Shown here: positions 1 through 7,583 of the stretch, in pieces
Layout of the letters: each line of letters opens with the position of its first letter
Numbering within the stretch: position 1 is the stretch's first letter
Assembly (NCBI GenBank): GCA_041158245.1
Contig: JBEBBT010000065.1
Span: 1 to 39,183 of the forward strand
Reading direction: 5' to 3'
Length of the DNA stretch: 39,183 nucleotides
Source: Actinomycetota bacterium
GTDB taxonomy: Bacteria; Actinomycetota; Actinomycetes; S36-B12; UBA5976
Notes under the pieces: model-generated
Told to the model about the DNA's origin: nothing
The model's input: only the letters and a program-made list of their open reading frames with translations
The model's database searches: none
Program-made: the position numbers and the translations under genes

Positions 1-55
1 TTGCGCATTTCATCGCAAAGGTGGCATCCAGGCTTGCCAATCAGCGTTACCCGAT

Positions 56-931
56 TTACACCCATGGATTGCCTCGTTCGACAACTAACTCATCGACCAT
101 TGATTGCACTTGATTGCGAAAGTGATGTGCAAAATCAAGGACGGCTTTTTCGTCGTAAACCGAAGGTAGTTCCTGCGCTGGAATTGGTTTTCCAAATTGA
201 ATAATCCATTTACTCGGAAGCGGAACAGCACCGAGCGGTCCAAGTAAAGGAAAGGTTGGGGTCACTGGGAAATAAGGAAGTTTCAAAAGTCTGGCAAGTG
301 GCTCGATGTTTGCCACCATTGGGTAGGCCTCTTCTGCGCCAACAATGGCCAGCGGAATTAATGGAACGTTTGCTTCTTTTGCCGTAGAAACAAATCCACC
401 TCTTCCAAATTGCTGAAGTTCGTAGCGTCGCATCCAAGTCTTACCAACTCCGCTAAACCCTTCAGGCCAAACTCCAACCAACTTTCCGCTACTTAAAAGT
501 CTCATTGCTTCATCTCGCGAAGCAGTTGTATGACCGGCCGCTCTGGCTAAATCTTTAACGATTGGCATTTCAAACACTAAATCCGCAGCCAACATATGAA
601 TGTGGCGTTTAAAGGAATGGGTGTCGAATATTGCAAGCTGTGTCATCAGCGCATCTAGCGCAATTGCACCTGAATGATTTCCAGCGATTAATGCCGCACC
701 TTGATTTGGAATGTTTTCAATTCCACGAACCTGCGTGCGAAACCAAATTTCAGCAAGTGGCCGAAGGGCCGCCATAAAAACTCGATCGTTTAATTCCCGA
801 TCAAAACCAAATTGATCTGATTGGCCGGTATTAAATAATCGATCTTTAATGATGTCAGTGATTGATGCAGATTCTGGTGCTGGTCCAGTGTTACCAGCTC
901 TGCGTGCTGCTTGGGAGGGAGTCGGTGACAT
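56..931 (-). CDS. lysophospholipid (1-acylglycerol-3-phosphate type) acyltransferase family protein
   Basis: 291-aa ORF. It has an acyltransferase block-I-like GNHSGAIALDA and a block-III-like VWPEGFSG. Its neighbourhood (proC, HTH, bS22) mirrors mycobacterial Rv0500-Rv0502. Confidence 0.7.
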   Translation of the reverse strand: MSPTPSQAARRAGNTGPAPESASITDIIKDRLFNTGQSDQFGFDRELNDRVFMAALRPLAEIWFRTQVRGIENIPNQGAALIAGNHSGAIALDALMTQLAIFDTHSFKRHIHMLAADLVFEMPIVKDLARAAGHTTASRDEAMRLLSSGKLVGVWPEGFSGVGKTWMRRYELQQFGRGGFVSTAKEANVPLIPLAIVGAEEAYPMVANIEPLARLLKLPYFPVTPTFPLLGPLGAVPLPSKWIIQFGKPIPAQELPSVYDEKAVLDFAHHFRNQVQSMVDELVVERGNPWV

Positions 932-971
932 CTAACCTCCCAAGCAAAACAAAATTTCGTACGGCGCAGGT

Positions 972-1064
972 CTACTTACGACGTTGTGCGCGTGTTTTAC
1001 GCAAGTTCTTACGGTGCTTCTTCTTCGCCATGCGCTTGCGGCGCTTTTTGATTACTGAACCCAC
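972..1064 (-). CDS. 30S ribosomal protein bS22 (30-aa, highly basic actinobacterial mini-protein)
   Basis: Absent from the ORF track because it is below 60 aa. The minus-strand reading from GTG (1062-1064) to TAG (972-974) gives VGSVIKKRRKRMAKKKHRKNLRKTRAQRRK, which matches the conserved bS22 (Rv0500B-type) pattern. An AGAGGA Shine-Dalgarno sits 6 nt upstream of the GTG. Confidence 0.85.
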   Translation of the reverse strand: MGSVIKKRRKRMAKKKHRKNLRKTRAQRRK

Positions 1065-1137
1065 TTTTATTCCTCTTTCAGATGAAGTAGTGCAAGCCTA
1101 AAGGTTAAACAGAATTTACCTGTACCAAGGGCACGAA

Positions 1138-1344
1138 TCAGGCGCTAGTGATGAATGAATCGCGCAAGTAGTCATTTACTGCTGATTCTGGAACTCGGTA
1201 AGAACGACCGAAACGAACAGCTGGTAATTCTCCAGATTGGACCAGACGATAGACCGTCATTTTTGAAACTCGCATAATCGCAGCAACTTCAGCAACCGTG
1301 TAAAACTTAGGATCGTTTTCAAATGCACGCGGCTTAGTCGGCAC
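1138..1344 (-). CDS. excisionase/MerR-like helix-turn-helix DNA-binding protein (Rv0500A-like)
   Basis: HTH core reads YTVAEVAAIMRVSKMTVYRLVQSGELPAVRFGRSYRV. I prefer the GTG start at 1344 because AGGAG lies 5 nt upstream; the track's TTG start at 1404 has no SD. It sits directly upstream of bS22, as in mycobacteria. Confidence 0.75.
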   Translation of the reverse strand: MPTKPRAFENDPKFYTVAEVAAIMRVSKMTVYRLVQSGELPAVRFGRSYRVPESAVNDYLRDSFITSA

Positions 1345-1435
1345 GAGTTCTCCTAACGGTGGGTGGTCAGGGGCGGAGATTAGTGCCCCACTTATTTTGC
1401 GCAAAACCCGCGGGTATTACAGGCGCGATTTCTAG

Positions 1436-2539
1436 TCAGAGTTCGGCAATAAGTCCATAATGCGGAAAAATATTTTTTCGAACAGCCATGATTTCACGGT
1501 CAATTTCATCATTTGGATCCCAGCCGTTTTCAAACTTTTTAAATGTTACCGAATCAGGTATTGACAAATCTGAAAACCTTACGAGCTCTTCTTGGTGGGT
1601 AACAATCGCTACCAAGTGCGTCCAAATTCTTGGAACTACGTTTTCTAATTCGTAACCACCGCCACCAACTGCAACCCACTTGCCGTCACAAAACTCATGT
1701 GCCCATTCATGAATCATTTGATAAGAAGTTTTTTGGCCATCAATCGTTAGAGCTAAACCAGTGAGCGGATCTTTTTCATGTGAATCGCATCCGTGTTGGC
1801 TAATAATTATTTGCGGCTGAAACACTTCGAGTACTTCAGGCAAAACTGCATCAAAAGCTCGAAGCCATCCTGCATCATCTGTGCCATCTGGAAGTGAAAT
1901 GTTTATGGCTGAACCTTGTGAATTTGTGCCACCAATTTCGTGACCGAATCCAGTACCAGGAAAAAGTGACTTACCACTTTGATGAATCGAAAAAGTTAGC
2001 ACCCTTGGGTCATCCCAAAATATTGATTGAGTTCCATCACCATGGTGGGCATCAACATCAATGTATGCAATTCGTTCAAAGCCGTTTGCTAATAAATAAT
2101 CTATTGCAACTGCAACATCGTTATAGACGCAAAATCCGGAAGCCCGATTCGCCATGGCGTGATGCAGGCCGCCTGCCACATTAACCGCGTGAATTGCATT
2201 ACCTGTTGCCACGCCTTCGGCTGCCCGCAAAGTGGCACCACAAACCATGGCAGCAGCAGCATGAATACCTGAGAAAGTTGGGGTGTCTGAGGTGCCAAGG
2301 CCATGCTCGAGACAGACCTTTTCCGACTTCACACACTCTATGTATTGAGGGGTATGCACCGAAAGCAGTTGCTGATCGGTCGCTGCCTGACCCGCATCCA
2401 CCACCTCGACATCTGGCGAATCGAGTAACTTCAGATTTCGTAGATTCTCGTAGGTTCGTAACACTCGAATTGGGCCCAGTGGATGTCGATCGCCAAAGTC
2501 GTACGCCTTCAGTCTTTCGTCAATTACTACCCGAAACAT
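1436..2539 (-). CDS. acuC: histone-deacetylase-family protein (acetoin utilization protein AcuC-like deacetylase)
   Basis: 367 aa. It carries HDAC active-site motifs GGLHHAMANRASGFCVYND and DVDAHHGDG. Its start abuts the proC stop (2539/2540). Confidence 0.85.
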   Translation of the reverse strand: MFRVVIDERLKAYDFGDRHPLGPIRVLRTYENLRNLKLLDSPDVEVVDAGQAATDQQLLSVHTPQYIECVKSEKVCLEHGLGTSDTPTFSGIHAAAAMVCGATLRAAEGVATGNAIHAVNVAGGLHHAMANRASGFCVYNDVAVAIDYLLANGFERIAYIDVDAHHGDGTQSIFWDDPRVLTFSIHQSGKSLFPGTGFGHEIGGTNSQGSAINISLPDGTDDAGWLRAFDAVLPEVLEVFQPQIIISQHGCDSHEKDPLTGLALTIDGQKTSYQMIHEWAHEFCDGKWVAVGGGGYELENVVPRIWTHLVAIVTHQEELVRFSDLSIPDSVTFKKFENGWDPNDEIDREIMAVRKNIFPHYGLIAEL

Positions 2540-3340
2540 TTATCCCTCGGAAAGTTCTTTCGATCGATCGTGGCAGGCCTGCATGCCTGCTTCAAAAGCT
2601 TCACGAACTTTATGCTCATCGAAAGTTGCAATTGCCCGCGCTGTTGTTCCGTTAGGTGATGTGACATTTTGTCGAAGTGTTTCTGGAGATTTGTTTGCAT
2701 CGCGCAACATCGTGGCTGCACCAACAATTGTTTGCACAGTTAATTCGTGTGCAGCTTCTTGCGACAACCCAAGTTTTTGACCCGCTGCAATCATGGCCTC
2801 TGCAACATAGAAGATGTAAGCAGGTCCACTTCCGCTAACTGCCGTCACAGAATTTTGTAAATCTTCATCGACAATCAACGTTTTACCAGTACTTGCCATA
2901 ATTTTTTCGGCGTTGACTAAAGCTTCAGTTGTGCAGTTCTTGCCAGCTGAAAGCACGCTCATTCCTTCGCCCACAAGTGCCGGAGTGTTTGGCATCACCC
3001 GAACAACCGAGACTCCATTTTGCAACTTACTTTCAATGAATTCGGTTTTAATTCCAGCCGCTACCGAAATTACCAAGGTTCCTGGTTTCACAAACCCACC
3101 GATTTGGTTTAACAAATCACCCATGTCCTGTGGTTTTACCATTAACAAGATTGTGTCTGCCAATTGCGCAGCTGCTTCGTCCGAAAGGTTTTTAACGCCG
3201 AAAACATCCTCAAGCTCAGCAGCCCGCTCACCTCGTTTTTCAACTATGACGATTTCATCGGTGAAAGAATCACTTGCAAGTAGCCCTTGCAAAATCGCGC
3301 CGCCCATCATGCCAACTCCAAAGAGTGCGGTGGTTCCCAT
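2540..3340 (-). CDS. proC: pyrroline-5-carboxylate reductase
   Basis: 266 aa. It has an N-terminal Rossmann GxGxxG (FGVGMMGGAI) and a ProC C-terminal signature region (SPNGTTARAI). Confidence 0.93.
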   Translation of the reverse strand: MGTTALFGVGMMGGAILQGLLASDSFTDEIVIVEKRGERAAELEDVFGVKNLSDEAAAQLADTILLMVKPQDMGDLLNQIGGFVKPGTLVISVAAGIKTEFIESKLQNGVSVVRVMPNTPALVGEGMSVLSAGKNCTTEALVNAEKIMASTGKTLIVDEDLQNSVTAVSGSGPAYIFYVAEAMIAAGQKLGLSQEAAHELTVQTIVGAATMLRDANKSPETLRQNVTSPNGTTARAIATFDEHKVREAFEAGMQACHDRSKELSEG

Positions 3341-3374
3341 TTTGCTCCGATCGTCTTTGGTTTAAGCCTAGACC

Positions 3375-4220
3375 TTGGAGTGGTTTAAATCACGGCCTGT
3401 TTGCGCTTACCCTTATGCAGTGACCGAACTAAAACTTACTTTCCCGCGAGCCTGGGTTGAATTCGACGACCCAGAAGATCCAGAAAACATTTACCGATGC
3501 GATTTAACTTGGCTTACATCCAACTGGAATTGCATCTACGGTAAAGGATGCCAGGGAATCGTAAAAGGTAAAGCTGAAAACGGTTGCTGTTCATTAGGTG
3601 CGCATTTTTCTGACAAAGAAGATCTAGCTCGCACCAAAAAATATGTTGAGAAACTAACACCAGAACTTTGGGAAAACTACGAAAAAGGTCGCAAGAAATG
3701 GACCGAACGCGACGAAGACAACTCAAAGAAGACCCGCGTCTACAAAGGTGGATGCATCTTTTTGAATTCTCCAGATTTTTCTGGAGGTGGCGGATGTGCA
3801 CTTCACCAACTTGCAATCAAAACAAATGTTTCAATTACTAAAACCAAACCAGATGTTTGCTGGCAACTACCAGTTCGTCGCGATTTTGAGTGGCGCAAGC
3901 TTGACGATGGAACTAAGCGCTGGGTTATCACAATTGAGGAATACACAAGAGCAGGTTGGGGTCCTGGTGGTCACGACTTAAATTGGTATTGCACTTCAAA
4001 CACCGAAGCCCACAACGCACCTAAACCGGTTTACATCACTGAAAAAGACACACTTATCGAACTTATGGGCAAGAAGGCCTACAAACTTTTAGCTGAACAT
4101 TGCGAAGCTCGAATGGCAGCAATCACTGCGGCTCGTCGAATTGCCGCTAAAAACGGCGATCCAAAAGAGGTTCGCGCAATCATGAATGGTCTTGCAGTTC
4201 ATCCTGCCGATGGAATTTAA
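3375..4220 (+). CDS. conserved Cys-rich protein of unknown function (possible metal or Fe-S binding)
   Basis: 281-aa ORF divergent from proC. Cysteine pattern is C53-x5-C59-x11-CC71/72, then GGC127IFLN, GGGC141ALH and C162WQLP. The start is uncertain: TTG at 3375 or GTG at 3420. No enzymatic motif was recognised. Confidence 0.55.
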   Translation: MEWFKSRPVCAYPYAVTELKLTFPRAWVEFDDPEDPENIYRCDLTWLTSNWNCIYGKGCQGIVKGKAENGCCSLGAHFSDKEDLARTKKYVEKLTPELWENYEKGRKKWTERDEDNSKKTRVYKGGCIFLNSPDFSGGGGCALHQLAIKTNVSITKTKPDVCWQLPVRRDFEWRKLDDGTKRWVITIEEYTRAGWGPGGHDLNWYCTSNTEAHNAPKPVYITEKDTLIELMGKKAYKLLAEHCEARMAAITAARRIAAKNGDPKEVRAIMNGLAVHPADGI

Positions 4221-4600
4221 AAAGCTTTTTGCTTCTTGTATTGAATCCAAAATACATAAGTGAGAATCGCCAAAGGAATTGCGTTTAATCTTTCATTTGG
4301 ACTAGTTGAGAAAAGATTTAAGAAGAATCCAAGTCCATTTAAAACTGTGAATACGAGAAAAACCCAGGAGCGAGCGAACTTGTTTCCCTTGGCAGACTGG
4401 TAATAGGCGAATCCTTCAAATGCCAGCCAAAAAGCTTGCATGAGATAAATCACTCTTAACCAAATTGGCACTTCCAGTAACTGGCCGCCGGCTGCCATAG
4501 AAAGTACAAACGGGCGATTAAGTACCACCAATATGTTTATGACTATCCCCCAGCCGATTGAGACTCCAACTAGAACATGAATAACTTTTTGATTTGTCAT
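4217..4600 (-). CDS. small integral membrane protein (about 4 TM helices), unknown function
   Basis: 127-aa ORF with four hydrophobic stretches. It lies 6 nt downstream of the ZAS-like gene. Its stop overlaps the convergent 3375-4220 stop (TTAA). Confidence 0.6.
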   Translation of the reverse strand: MTNQKVIHVLVGVSIGWGIVINILVVLNRPFVLSMAAGGQLLEVPIWLRVIYLMQAFWLAFEGFAYYQSAKGNKFARSWVFLVFTVLNGLGFFLNLFSTSPNERLNAIPLAILTYVFWIQYKKQKAF

Positions 4601-4606
4601 TTTCTC

Positions 4607-5365
4607 TCACTGTCTTAAGAAATAAAGTCCGATGGCAATCAGTGCTGAAGATGCAACACCGAACACTGTTGCAGCCCGAAGTGAAACTCTTGGGTTTTCA
4701 AAATACTTGCCATAACTAGGTGGCCAGCCGTCTTTCAATTCTGCGCGTTTAATTAAACGTTCTTTATCAGAGTCAGAAATTTCTGGAAGATTATTTGGGT
4801 AAGTTAAAACCGGCGCATTGATAAAGTCTTGAATAACTTGTTTGTCCACCACCCGTAAAACATTTACACATATAGAACATTCAGCAGCGTGCGTTACAAG
4901 ATGCATTTGTTGGGCGCGAGTAAGTCTGCTGCCAAGGGTTTGATGGGCTGCCACAATCACAGGGCATTTGGTTTTGTTGTTCATCAATGCAAGGGCGATT
5001 GCAGCGCGGGCTAGATTTTTGCGGCCCTCTTTTAAATCTCGATTAACAATTCTGCGCGGCTCATCAACAATGTGGCTGACATCTTCGACATCTAATTTTT
5101 GACGAAGACTTAAACTCAATACGGCTCGCTCCGTCAAGGTTAATGCTTGAACTGGATCTGCATCTAGTGCAATCGTTGGAATATCAAATGCGAAAACATT
5201 TCTAGCGCGCATTTGCCGGTAACACTCAGCCCGCGCAACCGCAAAAATTTGTAGATCTGTAAGGCCATTGCTGATTGCCAAGCTTTCAGATGTAACTTTG
5301 TTGCTTACTTCCACATCAAGCACCACGCTGGTTATGAAGTCATAAATCACATCGTTGTTGGGCAT
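4607..5365 (-). CDS. membrane-anchored ZAS-type (HxxxCxxC) anti-sigma-like protein with an N-terminal sigma-70 region-4-like HTH
   Basis: 252 aa with an AAGGAGAAGAG SD before the ATG. Residues 75-122 read as a sigma region-4-like HTH. The motif C134-x24-H159-x3-C163-x2-C166 is present. There is one C-terminal TM helix (about residues 231-250). Confidence 0.5.
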   Translation of the reverse strand: MPNNDVIYDFITSVVLDVEVSNKVTSESLAISNGLTDLQIFAVARAECYRQMRARNVFAFDIPTIALDADPVQALTLTERAVLSLSLRQKLDVEDVSHIVDEPRRIVNRDLKEGRKNLARAAIALALMNNKTKCPVIVAAHQTLGSRLTRAQQMHLVTHAAECSICVNVLRVVDKQVIQDFINAPVLTYPNNLPEISDSDKERLIKRAELKDGWPPSYGKYFENPRVSLRAATVFGVASSALIAIGLYFLRQ

Positions 5366-5404
5366 CTCTTCTCCTTGTCCCAGTTGGGCGGTAGCGTGTC
5401 CTCT

Positions 5405-6784
5405 ATGGCGACTAGCAAATCAAAGACTAAATCAAGTGGCTTCAAATGTGGTGAGTGCGGTTGGCAAACCACCAAATGGGTAGGCCGCTGTGGTGAATGT
5501 CAGGCCTGGGGCACGATTGAGGAAATTGGGGTCACACACGCCCGCACAGTCGCATCTGGACAGGTTTCAGCGCCGGCCACACCCATTTCTGAGGTCAATG
5601 TCGAGTTCGCCAAAGCGGAGCCAACTGGGATTGATGAGCTAGACCGAGTTTTAGGCGGAGGTCTGGTCCCAGGCTCTGTGGTTTTACTTGCAGGTGAGCC
5701 TGGAGTTGGCAAATCCACCCTACTTTTGGAAGTGGCTAGCCAAGCTGGTAATTCAGGAATTGCACTTTACATAACTGGCGAAGAATCATCGGCCCAAGTT
5801 CGATTACGGGCAGAGCGTATTGGCGCCCTTGCCCCAAATCTTTATTTAGCAAGCGAAACAGATTTAGGTGCAGCCTTAAGTCATATTGAAAAAGTAAATC
5901 CAAAACTTGTGGTTTTAGATTCTGTCCAAACTTTTTCATCAACTGAAGTAGATGGGCAAGCCGGTGGCGTCACGCAAGTGCGCGAAGTTGCTGCAAGTTT
6001 GATCCGTGTTGCTAAAGAAAAAAGTATCGCAACCATTTTGGTTGGCCACGTAACTAAAGATGGCACGATTGCCGGACCACGAGTTCTAGAACATTTAGTG
6101 GATGTGGTTTTACAAGTTGAAGGTGATCGCCATACCCGCCTTCGTCTCGTGCGAGCTGCAAAAAATCGTTACGGAGCGGCCGACGAAGTTGGTTGCTTTG
6201 AATTAAATGATGGTGGCATCACTGGCATCTCAGATCCGAGTGGATTATTCGTTTCAGCACAGCACGAATCAGTGAGTGGCACTTGTCTAACCATGACGGT
6301 TGAAGGCACTCGCCCATTGCTTGCAGAAATTCAGGCGTTAGTTGCAGCTACAAATGTGCCAACTCCGCGCCGCGCTACAGCTGGATTAGACAATGCACGT
6401 AACGCAATGATTTTGGCTGTTCTCGAACGTCGAGCTGGACTTTCACTAAGTAGCCGCGATGTTCACGTTGCAACTGTTGGCGGAATGCGAATCACCGAGC
6501 CAGCAGCTGATTTAGCAGTAGCACTTGCTGTGACAAGTGCAGCAAGAGACTTTGCACTTCCTCATTCCCTGATTGCACTTGGCGAAGTGGGCTTGGCTGG
6601 TGAAGTTCGGCGAATCGCAGGGTTAAGTCGCAGATTGAGTGAAGCCGCTCGATTGGGCGTCAAGGATGCAATCGTTTCGAGCAATTCCGGACCATATCCA
6701 AAAGGAATTAATGTTCACGAAGTCGCTACCGTCCGCGAAGCAATTGCGGTGGCTAGCAGATTTAGTAAAGAAGTGAGCGATTAA
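5405..6784 (+). CDS. radA: DNA repair protein RadA
   Basis: It has an N-terminal zinc ribbon (CGECGWQTTKWVGRCGECQAWGT), a Walker A motif (GEPGVGKST), the KNRYG motif and a Lon-like C-terminal domain. ATG at 5405 is preferred over the track's TTG at 5375. Confidence 0.95.
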   Translation: MATSKSKTKSSGFKCGECGWQTTKWVGRCGECQAWGTIEEIGVTHARTVASGQVSAPATPISEVNVEFAKAEPTGIDELDRVLGGGLVPGSVVLLAGEPGVGKSTLLLEVASQAGNSGIALYITGEESSAQVRLRAERIGALAPNLYLASETDLGAALSHIEKVNPKLVVLDSVQTFSSTEVDGQAGGVTQVREVAASLIRVAKEKSIATILVGHVTKDGTIAGPRVLEHLVDVVLQVEGDRHTRLRLVRAAKNRYGAADEVGCFELNDGGITGISDPSGLFVSAQHESVSGTCLTMTVEGTRPLLAEIQALVAATNVPTPRRATAGLDNARNAMILAVLERRAGLSLSSRDVHVATVGGMRITEPAADLAVALAVTSAARDFALPHSLIALGEVGLAGEVRRIAGLSRRLSEAARLGVKDAIVSSNSGPYPKGINVHEVATVREAIAVASRFSKEVSD

Positions 6785-6963
6785 TGAAAGCCGATCAACT
6801 TTGGAAAGATTTGGGTTTGGCTGCACCTGCTCGGCGGGCCTTGATAAATGCTGGAATAAAAACCTTATTAGATTTGAAGAAATGGAATAAAGATGACCTT
6901 GCCGAACTTCACGGCATTGGTCCAAACGCGTTAGTCATCTTGAAACCATACTTGAAACGCTAA
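6784..6963 (+). CDS. stand-alone helix-hairpin-helix (RNA polymerase alpha-CTD-like) mini-protein, 59 aa
   Basis: Absent from the ORF track because it is 59 aa. Its ATG overlaps the radA TAA (TAATG). Translation: MKADQLWKDLGLAAPARRALINAGIKTLLDLKKWNKDDLAELHGIGPNALVILKPYLKR. The NAGI..L.DL....DL..L.GIG pattern is typical of HhH / alpha-CTD folds. Confidence 0.6.
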   Translation: MKADQLWKDLGLAAPARRALINAGIKTLLDLKKWNKDDLAELHGIGPNALVILKPYLKR

Positions 6964-6975
6964 ATTACGCATGTT

Positions 6976-7560
6976 ATGGCAAACCGACCAACACCTCAGC
7001 AATTGCTTATTCGACGACTCGTCGCTTTGGTAATTGTCATTGTGCTTGGTATTGGAGTTTTAAAAGTCACGTCATCAGTGTTTTCATTTATTACTGATTC
7101 ATTCGCAAGTAACCCGGAAGAAACCATTGCTCCAACGCAAACTGAAACCAATAACGAAGGCAATCTTCAAAAGTGCAGCGACGACGATATTTCAGTGCTA
7201 GTTGGTTTTGAGGGCAAAACTAGCTTCACAAGCGAAGAGGTCATTGTGATTGATGCCACCTTTACTCATAAAGGTAGCAGTTCATGCTTGCGTGATATCG
7301 GAGCTCGCGCTAATGAAATTTATGTGGTTAATGAAAAAAACAAAAGAGTTTGGTCGACAAACACTTGCCCTGTTAACAACAAAAGTAATTTGGTTGAGAT
7401 GAATCCCGGAAATACTTACCGCACAACCATTACATGGGGCGGAAATGTGGATCCAAAGGTGTGCGGCAAAGATGCAAAACATTTGCCACCAGGTGATTAT
7501 GGAATTTATGCTAGAAACGGTGGCGCAATATCAGAAAGGACGACCATCACATTTGAGTAA
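6976..7560 (+). CDS. membrane-anchored extracytoplasmic protein, unknown function (Rv3587c-like position)
   Basis: 194 aa. It has an N-terminal TM helix (LVALVIVIVLGIGVL), then a beta-rich domain with four Cys residues. Confidence 0.55.
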   Translation: MANRPTPQQLLIRRLVALVIVIVLGIGVLKVTSSVFSFITDSFASNPEETIAPTQTETNNEGNLQKCSDDDISVLVGFEGKTSFTSEEVIVIDATFTHKGSSSCLRDIGARANEIYVVNEKNKRVWSTNTCPVNNKSNLVEMNPGNTYRTTITWGGNVDPKVCGKDAKHLPPGDYGIYARNGGAISERTTITFE

Positions 7561-7583
7561 TGGCCGCCCTTTGCTAATTTGAA

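Noticed and set aside
862-1101. 79-aa plus-strand ORF covering the plsC-like start and the bS22 region.
   Set aside because: The opposite strand encodes the conserved bS22 peptide with a good SD. The plus-strand product is Cys/Leu/Arg-rich with no recognisable features.
6623-6925. 100-aa minus-strand ORF overlapping the radA end and the HhH mini-gene.
   Set aside because: It is antisense to two better-supported coding frames and has no SD. Its sequence has no recognisable domain.
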